This document shows, piece by piece, positions 12,744 through 23,905 of a DNA stretch of 64,000 nt (within the stretch, counting starts at the first letter, position 1; the number at the start of each line of letters is the position of its first letter). The DNA is from Rebecca billardiae RCC1528 (Eukaryota > Protista > Haptophyta), in NCBI GenBank assembly GCA_965240325.2, contig OZ251226.1, positions 1,302,001 to 1,366,000 on the forward strand. Direction: 5' to 3'. Below the pieces are notes generated by a model that was not told the origin of the DNA, searched no databases, and saw only the letters and a list, made by a program, of their open reading frames with translations. Made by a program: the position numbers and the translations under genes.

Positions 12744-13574
12744 CACGGTTCGGCAAGAGAGCAAGGACCCGTGAAGGTGCTTACATCAGTTGCTCGCTCC
12801 TTCATGAGATCGGTGCGCAGTGATCGGTGAAGGAGTGAGGACTGATGATGTATGAGCTGAGGAAGCCGGACAAACACCAAGCAAGCAGTGCCGGACCGCC
12901 ACGGTTCGGCAAGAGAGCAGGACCCGTGAAGGTGCTTACATCAGTTGCTCGCTCCCTTCATGAGATCGGTGCGCAGTGATCGCGGTGAAGGAGTGAGGAC
13001 TGATGATGTATGAGCTGAGGAAGCCGGACAAACACCAAGCAAGCAGTGCCGGACCGCCACGGTTCACGGCAAGAGAGCAAGGACCCGTGAAGGTGCTTAC
13101 ACCCGTGAAGGTGCTTACATCAGTTGCTCGCTGCCTTCATGAGATCGGTGCGCAGTGATCGGTGAAGGAGTGAGGACTGATGATGTATGAGCTGAGGAAG
13201 CCGGACAAACACCAAGCAAGCAGTGCCGGACCGCCACGGTTCGGCAAGAGAGCAGGACCAGTGAAGGTGCTTACATCAGTTGCTCGCTCCCTTCATGAGA
13301 TCGGTGCGCAGTGATCGCGGTGAAGGAGTGAGGACTGATGATGTATGAGCTGAGGAAGCCGGACAAACACCAAGCAAGCAGTGCCGGACCGCCACGGTTC
13401 ATATCACTACAAGAGAGCAAGGACCCGTGAAGGTGCTTACACCAGTGAAGGTGCTTACATCAGTTGCTCGCTCCCTTCATGAGATCGGTGCGCAGTGATC
13501 GGTGAAGGAGTGAGGACTGATGATGTATGAGCTGAGGAAGCCGGACAAACACCAAGCAAGCAGTGCCGGACCGC
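12744..13574 (+). repeat. Tandem array of five ~156-180 bp units, with a sixth partial copy at ~14990-15140
   Basis: Units start CACGGTTC at 12744, 12900, 13058, 13235, 13393; core GTGAAGGTGCTTACATCAGTTGCTCGCT...GCAAGCAGTGCCGGACCGC. Confidence 0.95.
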
Positions 13575-14025
13575 CCCGGCCGGCGGTGCGGAAGCACTGC
13601 GCAGGCGGGTCTACCGGATGCTTCGTGGCGCCCTCGCCAAGGCGCGCGCTTCTTGCGGCCGCAGATCTCCCAGTGGATGCGGCGCGTGGTCGGTGCCAAG
13701 GCGCATGCGGAATAGTGTGCGCCCCTCGTACCTGAACCTCACCCCGGCTGCTCGCCGGACCCAGCGCCATGACCGCTGCGCGCACCGCGTGCGCGTGCGG
13801 CTCGCCGAGTCTGCGGACGCTTCGTGGCAAACCGCGGGCGGTCAGAAGGATGCAGCAGCTTCGGGAGGTGCCGCATCGGAGTGCCTGCTGCTTCGAGCTG
13901 CTGGTTCTTGCTTCTCCCACCACCTGCGAGCACTCCCACCACCTGCGCGCTTGCTTCTCCCACCACTCCTGCGCGCTTGCGTCTGCTTGCTTGGCCGTCC
14001 CGCCACCTGCGCGCTTGTTTCTTGC

Positions 14026-15915
14026 GTGCAGCAGTACCATACCATGCACGCAGCAGTACCATACCATGCGCACAGCAGTGCCATACCATGCGCGCAGCAG
14101 TACCGCCAGTACCATACCATCATGCGTGCAGCAGTATCATACCATGCCGCGCGGCACGGTACCATACCATGCGCGCAGCAGCAGTACATACCACCATGTG
14201 TGCAGCAGTACCATACCGCCATCATGCGCACAGCAGTACCATACCATGCGCGCAGCAGTACCATACCATCATGTGCGCAGCAGTACCTACCATGCATGCA
14301 GCAGTACCATACCATGCGCGCAGCAGTAGGCCATAACATACCATGCAGTACCATATACCATGCACACCGAGCGAGCAGTACCACACTACAGTGCGCGCAG
14401 CAGTACCATACCATGCGCGCCGCAGTACCATACCATGCGAGCAGCAGTACCATACCATCATGCGTGCAGCAGTACCATACTACCATGCTTGCAGCAGTAC
14501 CATACCATGTGCACAGCGGTGCCATACCATGCCATGTGAGTGCCATGGATACCATGCGCCCAGCAGTACCATAGTCCATACCATGTGTGCCGGCAGTACC
14601 ATATGGCACTACTGCACGCATGGTAGGGATGGTACTGCTGCACGCATGGTATGGTACTGCGCTGCAAGCATGGTCGTATGGTACTGCTGCGTGCATGATG
14701 GTATGGTACTGCTGCGCGCATGGTATGGTACTGCTGCGCACATGGTATGGTACTGCTGTGCGCATGGTAGTATGGTACTGCTGCACGCATGATGGCCGTA
14801 CTGCTGCGCGCATGATGGTATGGTACTCAGCTGCGAGCATGGTATGGTACTGCTGCGCGCATGCGGTATGGCAATGGTACTGCTGTGTGCATGGTACACT
14901 GTACAGTATGAAGCTGCGGAGAGAGCAAGGACCTGTGAAGGTTCCTCAGTTCAGCTTCCTCTCGGTTGCTTCCGGTTCCTCACTGTTTCAAGAGAGCAAG
15001 GACCTGTGAAGGTGCTTCAGCTTCCTCCGTTGCTCGCTCCCTTCATGAGATCGGTGCGCAGTGATCGGTGAAGGAGTGAGGACTGATGATGTATGAGCTG
15101 AGGAAGCCGGACAAATACCAAGCAAGCAGTGCCGGACCGCCCCGGCCGGCGGTGCGGAAGCACTGCGCAGGCGGGTGGCGGGTCTACGATGCTTCGCCCT
15201 CGCCAAGGCGCGCGCTTCTTGCGGCCGCAGATCTCCCAGTGGATGCGGCGCGTGGTCGGTGCCAAGGCGCATGCGGAATAGTGTGTGCCCCTCGTACCTG
15301 AACCTCACCCCGGCTGCTCGCCGGACCCAGCGCCATGACCGCTGCGCGCACCGCGTGCGCGTGCGGCTCGTAGTCGCGGCCACGCTTCGTCTGCAAACCG
15401 CGGGCGGTCAGAAGGATGCAGCAGCTTCGGGAGGTGCCGCATCGGAGTGCCTGCTGCTTCGAGCTGCTGGTTCTTGCTTCTCCCACCACCTGCGAGCACT
15501 CCCACCACCTGCGCGCTTGCTTCTCCCACCACCTGCGCGCTTGCGTCTGCTTGCTTGGCTCCCACCACCTGCGCGCTTGTTTGTTTCTTGCGTGCAGCAG
15601 TACCATACCATGCACGCAGCAGTACCATACCATGCGCACAGCAGTGCCATACCATGCGCGCAGCAGTACCGCCAGTACCATACCAACATGCGTGCAGCAG
15701 TACCATACTGTACCATGCACGTGGCAGTACCATACCATGCGCGCAGCAGTACTTACCATACTGCTACCATGCGCGCAGCAGTACCATACCATCATGCGTG
15801 CAGCAGTACCATACCATACGACCATGTGAGTGCCATACCACGCGCCCAGCAGTACCATACCATGCGCGCAGCAGTACCGCCAGTACTCTGTCACTACCAT
15901 CATGCGTGCAGCAGT
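14026..15915. repeat. ~22-bp minisatellite (GCAGCAGTACCATACCATGCGC) within a larger direct duplication (~13410-14130 vs ~14990-15700)
   Basis: Forward units ~14026-14602, inverted units ~14603-14900 (centre CCAT|ATGG), forward again ~15594-15915. Confidence 0.92.
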
Positions 15916-16169
15916 ATTGATGATAATGAAGTCGTGGTGGCCTGTGTGGCGCGCGGCGCTGACGGTCACGGAGCGGCCAGCGGGGCGAGCCCTGCATTCC
16001 GGTAGGACCGGGGTGAATGCAGCATTGCCGGGTGCAACCCGGCAATGCCCGCCTGAATGGTAGTTAAAACAGTACTAGGGGGTACAGCCGTACAGACGAG
16101 TCACGGGCGCCTCCCGAACATTATTCACGAATATTTCATTTATGTATGCTGATCGATTTGCATGACACA

Positions 16170-16398
16170 GAGGAGCTCTTCATCACGTGCTTGTCTGACC
16201 TCGTTCTGCATGAACAGAAGCTTGCGCAACGCGCTACTGCAAAAAGGCAAGAACGCAAGCGCTCGGCACGGCCACTTCTCTGACTTCGCATCCAGTGCGG
16301 AGCGCTGCGCCAGCTGGACAAACGCGAAGGACCCTGGAAGCTGCAGAAATCATGCACATGTGGTGGGTAGTTTACACATATAGTGTCACAGATGACTT
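16170..16398 (+). pseudogene. 3' fragment of the glycosyltransferase gene and its downstream sequence, bracketed by ~90-110 bp direct repeats
   Basis: Matches ~11130-11355 (GAGGAGCTCTTC...CACAGATGACTTTA). Flanked by TAGTTAAAACAGTACTAGG...TTTGCATGACACA at 16061-16169 and 16399-16485. Confidence 0.85.
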
Positions 16399-18110
16399 TA
16401 GTTAAAACAGTACTAGGCGGTACAGGCGAGTCACGGGCGTCCCGAACATTATTCACGGATTTCATTTGCTGATTTGCATGACACATATGAATACGTCTAT
16501 ACGAGTCCAGTGTAGTTCTCGATCACTGAGCGCCTATAACAGTGTAACCCTAACAGAACCGGAAGCGCCCGCGTGTTTGTCCATCGATCCAGCTGGTGCA
16601 ACGCGCGGAAAGCGCCGCCCCCTTCATATGGTCCTGTGAAGTGTCATCATCACTCATCTGCATACATGTGCTGACGAGAACAGCATTCAGCTGAGATCTA
16701 AGTGCGTTGCAGCGTTCCTGGCGGACTGGCGGTTGATTATTATATCAGTGCTGCATAAGCGGCAGTCCGGCAGACGAGTCCAGTTGTTCTGACAATATCG
16801 CGCACTGCGTGCTCGTCATGCGCCCGATTAATGTGAACGCCACGTCAACTATGCTATTACTCAGCCTGGCCGGTGAACTGCTTGACTACGGGCTCAGTAC
16901 AACTATTACTACTGTTAATCAACAATTAACGACTAGCTTAGTAACTGACGAGTGACGGGCGGGCCGTCGGCGTTGCGTCGTGGGCGGGGCCAGTTACAGA
17001 ATTGAGAATACAGAGTACAGGCACAGTGTGTGAGTCGCGGAGCTCGCCACGGGTAAATACGCCTTGAAGGTTGGGCAGCTGCTCGACGCCGTTCTAGCTC
17101 GGCGTGAGCAGCCAGTCAGAGGCACCCAATGCCGATGGGCCCGCCACACTCACAGCACCAGCTGCGTATTCGGTAAATTTGGACTATATTTGACTTTGAG
17201 TATTGCGTACTGGCTAGCTTCGTACGGCTACGTGACAGTGCCAGCGCCAGCAGCGAGGGGAGGCCTGCCACGCGTCAGGCGGCCATCCTGCTCGGCCATG
17301 TCGCTTCGTGCGCTGGCCGGCGGCCAGTGAAATAAACTCCAAACTGCTTGGCAGTTGATGACAATGCTACACTAACAATGAGTGACGCCGATGATCGACT
17401 TGCATGTCAGTTCATCACAGTTGTCACATTGATATACTGGAAACCCACGAGAACAAAGGCACGACTTCACGCTGGGGACCAGCCCGTCGCAGGCCTTTTT
17501 TGACGCCACTGCTGCGTCTGTAACCGGGTCACACATATATATATGCACAATTCACGAACCCGCTTAGGCGCGCCATAGGACAAAAGCCGCTCGTCGTTCG
17601 GTCAAATACCGCTCGTCGTTCGGCGCTTTGCGTACTCACATTCGCGCGAATCGCATCGGCCCATTTCCTCAAACACGTCGTGGCGATACTGCATGCTGTT
17701 CCACCACCTCTGACCTCCGCCGCCTTCGGCATGATGTCGGGGGGGGGGGGGGGGGTATTATTAATCCCGAATTTCCTACGTGCATGATTTCTTTTCCTCT
17801 CCGACTCCAGGCGGTTGGCTCCAACCGCCCGGATGGTCGAAGGACCCGGTACTGCCTGCAGGGCTGCAGGCGAAAGCTGCGCTGCCAGTTACCTATGGCG
17901 GCCGTTTGGCCCACCGCTTTTCGCATCCGTTTCTGACTGAGGACCGACATCGTCACACCGCCCGCTCTGCGCTCGTCCGCACGAACGACGCCCTGCTGAC
18001 AACGTCCGCAGCCCCTGGACCGAATGCTATGGTAAGCCCCTGCGTGGTGACCGGGGAACTGGTCAGGCGGAATAAACATCAGAGTGTGACAACTGGAATA
18101 CTGCCGGTAA

Positions 18111-19337
18111 TTAACGATGGCGGTCGTTATGATGTGCCGACGAGTCGTTCTGGATGAGGAGTGGCCGATCCAAGAGCCTGAGTTTGTGCCTTTCTGCAGT
18201 GCCTTGTCCGCGCGCCAGTTTCGCCTTCTGCTCATGCCGAGTGAGGTCGGACAAGCAGGTGGTGAAGAGCTCCTCCAGGGCATCTCCCACCGCTAGTGTG
18301 GACATATTCACGTGCGTCCATGCCTGCCAGTGCTGCTGCAGCCATCGCACCCCGAACTGGTTTTTGAGCGCGTAGCCAAAAGTGCGCCCAAACCCAGCAC
18401 ACCGATGCCTGATGAAGCTGCTGAGTGGGTGCACGCGTGCAGCAGGTGTAGGGACCGGGGACGGCACGCCCACCGTCCACCGTTGCACACCCGCGCGAAG
18501 CATCTCGGTCGCGAGGAGCAGGTCGTCGTCCCAGTTGTGCGGCCCACCAGGCACTGCGCGCACCAACGCGTCCAGCCGGCTCGCGTTGATGTCTCCGCGC
18601 CAGAATGCAATGCCGCAGAAGCCGTGAAGCACGTCCGCGCTGCGCGCACAGCCCTCGCGCAGACCGCGTGTAGCCACAGAAGTCCCTCTATCAGGGTCGA
18701 CACATTCCCCAGTCATCTGCTTGGCGCACGACCGCTTCGTGCTCCCCAAGCACAAGAGGTGCCGCGCAATGTTGTCTGCAAAGACGGCGCCCGAGCCACC
18801 GACAGCATGTCCACGTCCACGCGTCGTGAGCTCGTCCACCAGCACGTTCGCAAACGACGGTGGATATTTGCTGTCGTCATCCACGACCAGCACAACTGTC
18901 GTGGGCTTGCGCTCCACGCGCAGTGTGCTCAGGTACTTGTCTGCCGGTCCGGTGTCCTCGCTGAGCTTGAGGCGGTGGAGATGCACGCGCCCGCGACCAG
19001 CGCGGACGGCGGCGAGCAAAGCGGCGGACGGCTCCGGCGGTGTCGTCAGATTGAACTTCGAGCTCCCGCCCAGGGTGACGTGGATGGCGTCGAGGGCCGG
19101 CTGTTGCCCCAGGAGGCTCGCGATGGCGTCTGACGGGTCCCGACCCGGAATGGTGCCGAGCGTGGCGACCACGCGAGTCGGGGCACTGGCGCCGGCGTGA
19201 TGCAGCCGTGCGGCGTCGTCTCCAGCCCATGCCATCGGAAGCAGGCAGCACACAGCCAGGACAGCACGATCAGCTGATCGTGTGCGCGGGCATCGACTAC
19301 CACCACCAGCTCGCGAGTTGACGAGTGACGACGCCAT
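18111..19337 (-). CDS. GT-A fold glycosyltransferase, paralogue 2
   Basis: 408-aa ORF highly similar to 10066-11241 with the same motifs and a different C-terminal tail. Confidence 0.75.
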   Translation of the reverse strand: MASSLVNSRAGGGSRCPRTRSADRAVLAVCCLLPMAWAGDDAARLHHAGASAPTRVVATLGTIPGRDPSDAIASLLGQQPALDAIHVTLGGSSKFNLTTPPEPSAALLAAVRAGRGRVHLHRLKLSEDTGPADKYLSTLRVERKPTTVVLVVDDDSKYPPSFANVLVDELTTRGRGHAVGGSGAVFADNIARHLLCLGSTKRSCAKQMTGECVDPDRGTSVATRGLREGCARSADVLHGFCGIAFWRGDINASRLDALVRAVPGGPHNWDDDLLLATEMLRAGVQRWTVGVPSPVPTPAARVHPLSSFIRHRCAGFGRTFGYALKNQFGVRWLQQHWQAWTHVNMSTLAVGDALEELFTTCLSDLTRHEQKAKLARGQGTAERHKLRLLDRPLLIQNDSSAHHNDRHR

Positions 19338-19353
19338 CGCTCGACGACGCCAT

Positions 19354-19461
19354 CGCCGATGTCGGTTGGTTCGTGCTCTGACCTGCTGCCCGGCGGCCAG
19401 TGAAATAAACCCCGAACTGCTTGGCAGAACTTGTCAATTTGATATTCTCGCCGCCACCCCA
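19354..19461. promoter_or_regulatory. 108-bp spacer, candidate bidirectional promoter between GT paralogues 2 and 3
   Basis: Only unique DNA between two divergent ATGs. Contains CCGGCGGCCAGTGAAATAAAC(C/T)CC(G/A)AACTGCTTGGCAG, also present at 17317-17354. Confidence 0.45.
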
Positions 19462-19477
19462 ATGGCGTCGTCGAGCG

Positions 19478-20713
19478 ATGGCGTCGTCACTCGTCAACTC
19501 GTGTGCTGCTGGTGGTAGTCGATGTCCGCGCACACGATCGGCCGATCGTGCTGTCCTGGCTGTGTGCTGCCTGCTTCCGATGGCATGGGCTGGAGACGAC
19601 GCCGCACGGCTGCATCACGCCGGCGCCAGTGCCCCGACTCGCGTGGTCGCCACGCTCGGCACCATTCCGGGTCGGGACCCGTCAGACGCCATCGCGAGCC
19701 TCCTGGGGCAACAGCCGGCCCTCGACGCCATCCACGTCACCCTGGGCGGGAGCTCGAAGTTCAATCTGACGACACCGCCGGAGCCGTCCGCCGCTTTGCT
19801 CGCCGCCGTCCGCGCTGGTCGCGGGCGCGTGCATCTCCACCGCCTCGAGCTCAGCGAGGACACCGGACCGGCAGACAAGTACCTGCGCACACTGCGCGTG
19901 GAGCGCGAGCCCAAGACAGTTGTGCTGGTCGTGGACGACGACAACACATATCCGCCGTCGTTTGCGAACGTGCTGGTGGACGAGCTCACGACGCGTGGAC
20001 GTGGACATGCTGTCGGTGGCTCGGGCGCCGTCTTTGCAGACAACATTGCGCGACACCGCTTCTGCTTGGGGAGCACGAAGCGGTCGTGCGCCGAGCAGAT
20101 GACTCGGAAATGTGTGGACCCTGACAGCGGGACTACTGTGTATGCACGCGGTCTGCGCGAGGGCTGTGCGCGCAGCGCGGACGTGCTTCACGGCATATTC
20201 GGCATTGCATTCTGGCGCGGAGACATCAACTCGAGCCGGCTGGACGCGTTGGTGCGCGCAGTGCCTGGTGGGCCGCACAACTGGGACGACGACCTGCTCC
20301 TCGCGACCGAGATGCTTCGCGCGGGTGTGCAACGGTGGACGGTGGGCGTGCCGTCCCCGGTTATCACGCCTGCTGCACGCGTGCACCCACTCAGCAGCTT
20401 CACCAAGCATCGGTGTGCTGGGTTTGGGCTCACACATCGCTACGCGCTCAAAAACCAGTTCGGGGTGCGATGGCTTCAGCAGCACTGGCAGACATGGACG
20501 CACGTGAATATGTCCGCACTGGCGGTGGGGGATGTCCTGGAGGAGCTCTTCACCACGTGCTTGTCTGACCTCGCTCGGCATGAGCAGAAGGCGAAACTTG
20601 CGCGACATCCAACGCGTAGCAGCAAAAGCTCAAGCACAAACGCAACTACAAGTTCTACAACTGATGCTGCCGGCTCGGCGCAGGCACTCACTACTCCAGA
20701 ACGCTTCGCTTGA
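19478..20713 (+). CDS. GT-A fold glycosyltransferase, paralogue 3, with Ser/Thr-rich tail
   Basis: ATG equivalent to paralogues 1 and 2 (MASSLVNS) and the same motifs. Confidence 0.75.
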   Translation: MASSLVNSCAAGGSRCPRTRSADRAVLAVCCLLPMAWAGDDAARLHHAGASAPTRVVATLGTIPGRDPSDAIASLLGQQPALDAIHVTLGGSSKFNLTTPPEPSAALLAAVRAGRGRVHLHRLELSEDTGPADKYLRTLRVEREPKTVVLVVDDDNTYPPSFANVLVDELTTRGRGHAVGGSGAVFADNIARHRFCLGSTKRSCAEQMTRKCVDPDSGTTVYARGLREGCARSADVLHGIFGIAFWRGDINSSRLDALVRAVPGGPHNWDDDLLLATEMLRAGVQRWTVGVPSPVITPAARVHPLSSFTKHRCAGFGLTHRYALKNQFGVRWLQQHWQTWTHVNMSALAVGDVLEELFTTCLSDLARHEQKAKLARHPTRSSKSSSTNATTSSTTDAAGSAQALTTPERFA

Positions 20714-21541
20714 CGACATCATTGCGTAGTCGTGATTAAACACTAATGACTACGAATACTGCGCCATATCCGTGATGGCGGCGGACGCGGAGTAGCTTAC
20801 GGCTAGTAGTTAGTAGCGACTATAATGCTCGACTGCCGCGCGCGGCATCATCAGCAATTCATCAGCAGCAGGGTTCAGCAGCTGAGGCCTGAGCGCAGAG
20901 TCACTGCAGTCACGCAGACTGTGCCAGTCGTCAATCAAGAATGCAGACCCGGTCCGATGATGAGTCGCCTCCGAGACTGCAGAAACTGTCTGTTGAGTAG
21001 CGCGAGCTTACTTACTGCGCGCCCTCGGCCTCGGGCTGCTCGTAACACGGTGCGCCGCCTCCTGCTCGGCCCCTGGCCCTGCTGCACGGGCCTGCTCGGA
21101 GTGAGTGAGTCGGCTCCTGGCCTGGCGGGCCGCCTCGCCCTCGGCCTTCGCAGCCGGGTAAGCAGATTCGTCGCGTCATCATCATCAGGCTCATCAGCAG
21201 AATAAATTGTCACTTAGCTGCTGATGTCGTCACCGCGACTTAGTAGTACTAACAACGACGAGTCACTTAGTAGACGACAGAGTCAGACGTGCGCGTGGCC
21301 GTAGTACGTGGGCTAATGGTGATGGTGCCCGGGGGCCGGCGCCGTCCGCGCCGTGGCCCGTGCCCGGCTCACGGACACGGTCCGTTGGGCGGCCGTTGTC
21401 AGGCCGGCTGCGGGCGCTGGCCCGGGCGGCGTGGCGGCTTGGCACTGAAGCCTGACGATGACGGATGAGTCTGTTATTATGATACATTTAGCTGCTGGCC
21501 ACTCGTCATCAGTCGTCAGTATCGTCTGTCCGCTTTCGTCG

Positions 21542-22522
21542 TCAAGTGAGGGTGCGGACCGGTGCCGTTCCACACACGTCCTGTGCGCTCGCCCCCGGGC
21601 AATGCGTCGAGATGAACGCATCGCAAGCAGCACTGCGCTCATGCACAAAGGCGAACTCGGCGCAGCCGCCCCTCAGGCAGCCCCACACGTTCGCTTCCTT
21701 GTGGAAGACGCGCATCTCTGCCCGGTCCGCCGCAGCGAACAAGGCGGCGAGCCGATTTCTACTCATGTGCGTGTTGTTCCTGTAATGGAGCTCGATCTGC
21801 AGCTGCCCCACCTGTACACGCCCAGCAGCGATGGCGTCGAAGATGTCTGGGAGCACCTGCCACTCGCAGCCCTCGCAGTCGATCTTCAAGACGTCTACCC
21901 GCCTGGACTCGGGGCCGTAGCGCGCCACCATGTCCTCGAACGAGATCAGCTTCTGCGTCCTGTTGGTGCTCGCCCCTAGGCCGAGCGGATGGAAGCGAGT
22001 GACGTGCCAGCCGGTGAAGTTCAGCCGCCCCGCCAGGGTGTGGTCGAAGGTGTGGATCCTGCACCCAGTGCGCGCGTGCATGGCGAACTCGAAGCTCCAG
22101 TCGTTGTTGCTGCCAATGCTGAACACCGTGCAAGGCGTTCGCAGCGCATCGAGGCCGCACACAAACTTGGGCCCATCGCCAACAGGCACGTAGTGGGTCA
22201 AGCCGCCGAGCTCGACGAGGCGGCCGCCCACGCGCTCCTCGCTCTCGCACACCCACTCGGGCTCGATCGGGTTGTAGAACTTCTCCAACATCAGCACAGC
22301 CTTCTTCAGCTGGTGGAGCCGGGCGTTCTCCACGGCGCGGTAGCCGCGCCGAGCCTCCGCCAGCTCGAGCTTTCTGCGCCACAGCGCTGGACATCCGGCG
22401 ATCAGCGTCGGGTCCTCAGCCGCACCGAGCGAGAAGATGCCTCCATGCAGCGTGACGACCAGCGCGGCGACGAGGCAGGTGCGCGCGCGCCATCTGTGAC
22501 CGCCGCCACAACCCCTCTCCAT
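21542..22522 (-). CDS. Methyltransf_22 / METTL24-like SAM-dependent methyltransferase with N-terminal signal or anchor
   Basis: GDGPKFVC, CTVFSIGSNNDWSFE, IHTFD, DVLKIDCEGCEW, QLQIELH, FHKEAN...CAEFAF motifs. Confidence 0.85.
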   Translation of the reverse strand: MERGCGGGHRWRARTCLVAALVVTLHGGIFSLGAAEDPTLIAGCPALWRRKLELAEARRGYRAVENARLHQLKKAVLMLEKFYNPIEPEWVCESEERVGGRLVELGGLTHYVPVGDGPKFVCGLDALRTPCTVFSIGSNNDWSFEFAMHARTGCRIHTFDHTLAGRLNFTGWHVTRFHPLGLGASTNRTQKLISFEDMVARYGPESRRVDVLKIDCEGCEWQVLPDIFDAIAAGRVQVGQLQIELHYRNNTHMSRNRLAALFAAADRAEMRVFHKEANVWGCLRGGCAEFAFVHERSAACDAFISTHCPGASAQDVCGTAPVRTLT

Positions 22523-22729
22523 AGGCCACCGGTGCCCACTCCGACTTAATTAATACACCTGGGGGCATGATGGATGCCAAGGGTGACGTGATGAAATTGC
22601 CTTGTCGAGTCGTCGTCGGGAGGTCGGGGAAAGCCGATACTTCGATTAGATAGCAGCAACATGCGCTCACGGACATACCGTATGAGTAAACTGTATAGTG
22701 TCCGAAGTTCACCTTGCCTCCTCATCGCA

Positions 22730-23761
22730 CTACTGCGAAGCCCACGCGTTGCAGTGGGGCTTGTGCACCTTCCACGAGCTGCGCAGGTGCTCACGCGAGC
22801 AGAAGACCGCCACATGGCATCGCTCGCACTTCTTCAGACCACTGCCTGTCCGTCCGCAGGCGATGCAGCACGTGGCGACCACGTCACGCTCTCCAGCCTC
22901 CTCGGCCAGGACCTCGCGTACACGGTCTCCGAGGGCTGGATCGAGCTCTTGGCCACGGTGCAACAGCCGAGCTGCCTCCTCCACATCACGCTCCACTCCC
23001 GTGCCATGCAGCGTCAGCTCTCCAAGACCAATGTGCCCATGTGCGCTCCCTCCCTGAGTAGCCAGCCGGTACCAGCGCACAGCCTCGCCCCAGTCCTGCG
23101 GCACGCCCTCGCCTTGTGCGTACTGCGCGCCCAGATTGCACTGCGCGAGTGCGTCGCCCTGCTCGGCCGCCAGCCGGTACCAGCGCATCGCCTCGCCCCA
23201 GTCCTGCGGCACGCCCTCGCCTTGTGCGTACCGCACACCCAGATTGCACTGCGCGAGTGCGTGGCCCTGCTCGGCCGCCAGCCGGTACCAGCGCATCGCC
23301 TCGCCCCAGTCCTGCGGCACGCCCTCGCCTTGTGCGTACCGCACACCCAGATTGCACTGCGCCTGAGCGTAGCCCTGCTCGGCCGCCAGCCGGTACCAGC
23401 GCACAGCCTCGCCCCAGTCCTGCGGCACGCCCTCGCCATGTGCGTACTGCAGGCCCAGAATGCACTGCGCTCTGGCGTCGCCCTGCTCGGCCGCCAGCCG
23501 GTACCAGCGCGCTGCTGCCTCGAGGTCCTTTGGCTGCCCAAGCGCGCCGTTCACGTAGATGTGGCCCATCTCCGTCTGCGCATCTGCAAAGCTGCGCTCA
23601 GCGGCGAGGGTGTACAGGCGAAAGGCTTCGCGGTGGTCCTGTGCGATGCCCTCGCCATTCTCAGCCCGCCGCGCCAGAAGGAACGTCGCACGCGCGTCCC
23701 CACGCGCCGACTTGCGTAAGAGGAGCCTGACCGCAGGGCTAGCCGTCGAATCCGCCATCAT
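22730..23761 (-). CDS. Sel1-repeat protein with C-terminal MYND zinc finger, copy A
   Basis: 36-aa Sel1 repeats (AQCNLGVRYAQGEGVPQDWGEAVRWYRLAAEQG) and CIACG...CERC...FCSREH...W..HK.HC. Confidence 0.92.
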   Translation of the reverse strand: MMADSTASPAVRLLLRKSARGDARATFLLARRAENGEGIAQDHREAFRLYTLAAERSFADAQTEMGHIYVNGALGQPKDLEAAARWYRLAAEQGDARAQCILGLQYAHGEGVPQDWGEAVRWYRLAAEQGYAQAQCNLGVRYAQGEGVPQDWGEAMRWYRLAAEQGHALAQCNLGVRYAQGEGVPQDWGEAMRWYRLAAEQGDALAQCNLGAQYAQGEGVPQDWGEAVRWYRLATQGGSAHGHIGLGELTLHGTGVERDVEEAARLLHRGQELDPALGDRVREVLAEEAGERDVVATCCIACGRTGSGLKKCERCHVAVFCSREHLRSSWKVHKPHCNAWASQ

Positions 23762-23905
23762 TCGATCGCACCCGATTCACCCGCCATTCATAGGCTGTCC
23801 GACTCTACACTGCTGTGTAGACGGAGGGGGGCCGGACAGGCTACGCCATTCACGGACGGGAGGTGTTGATCACCAAACCGAGCTCAGAATGAGGACCGAC
23901 GGTGA

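Noticed and set aside
12744-13574. CRISPR-like array or C/D snoRNA cluster (TGATGA...CTGA in each unit)
   Set aside because: No unique spacers, and the C- and D-like boxes are only ~8 nt apart.
13477-16045. Cys/Tyr/His-rich ORFs (QQYHTM, MVWYCC)
   Set aside because: Products of the 22-bp minisatellite in several frames.
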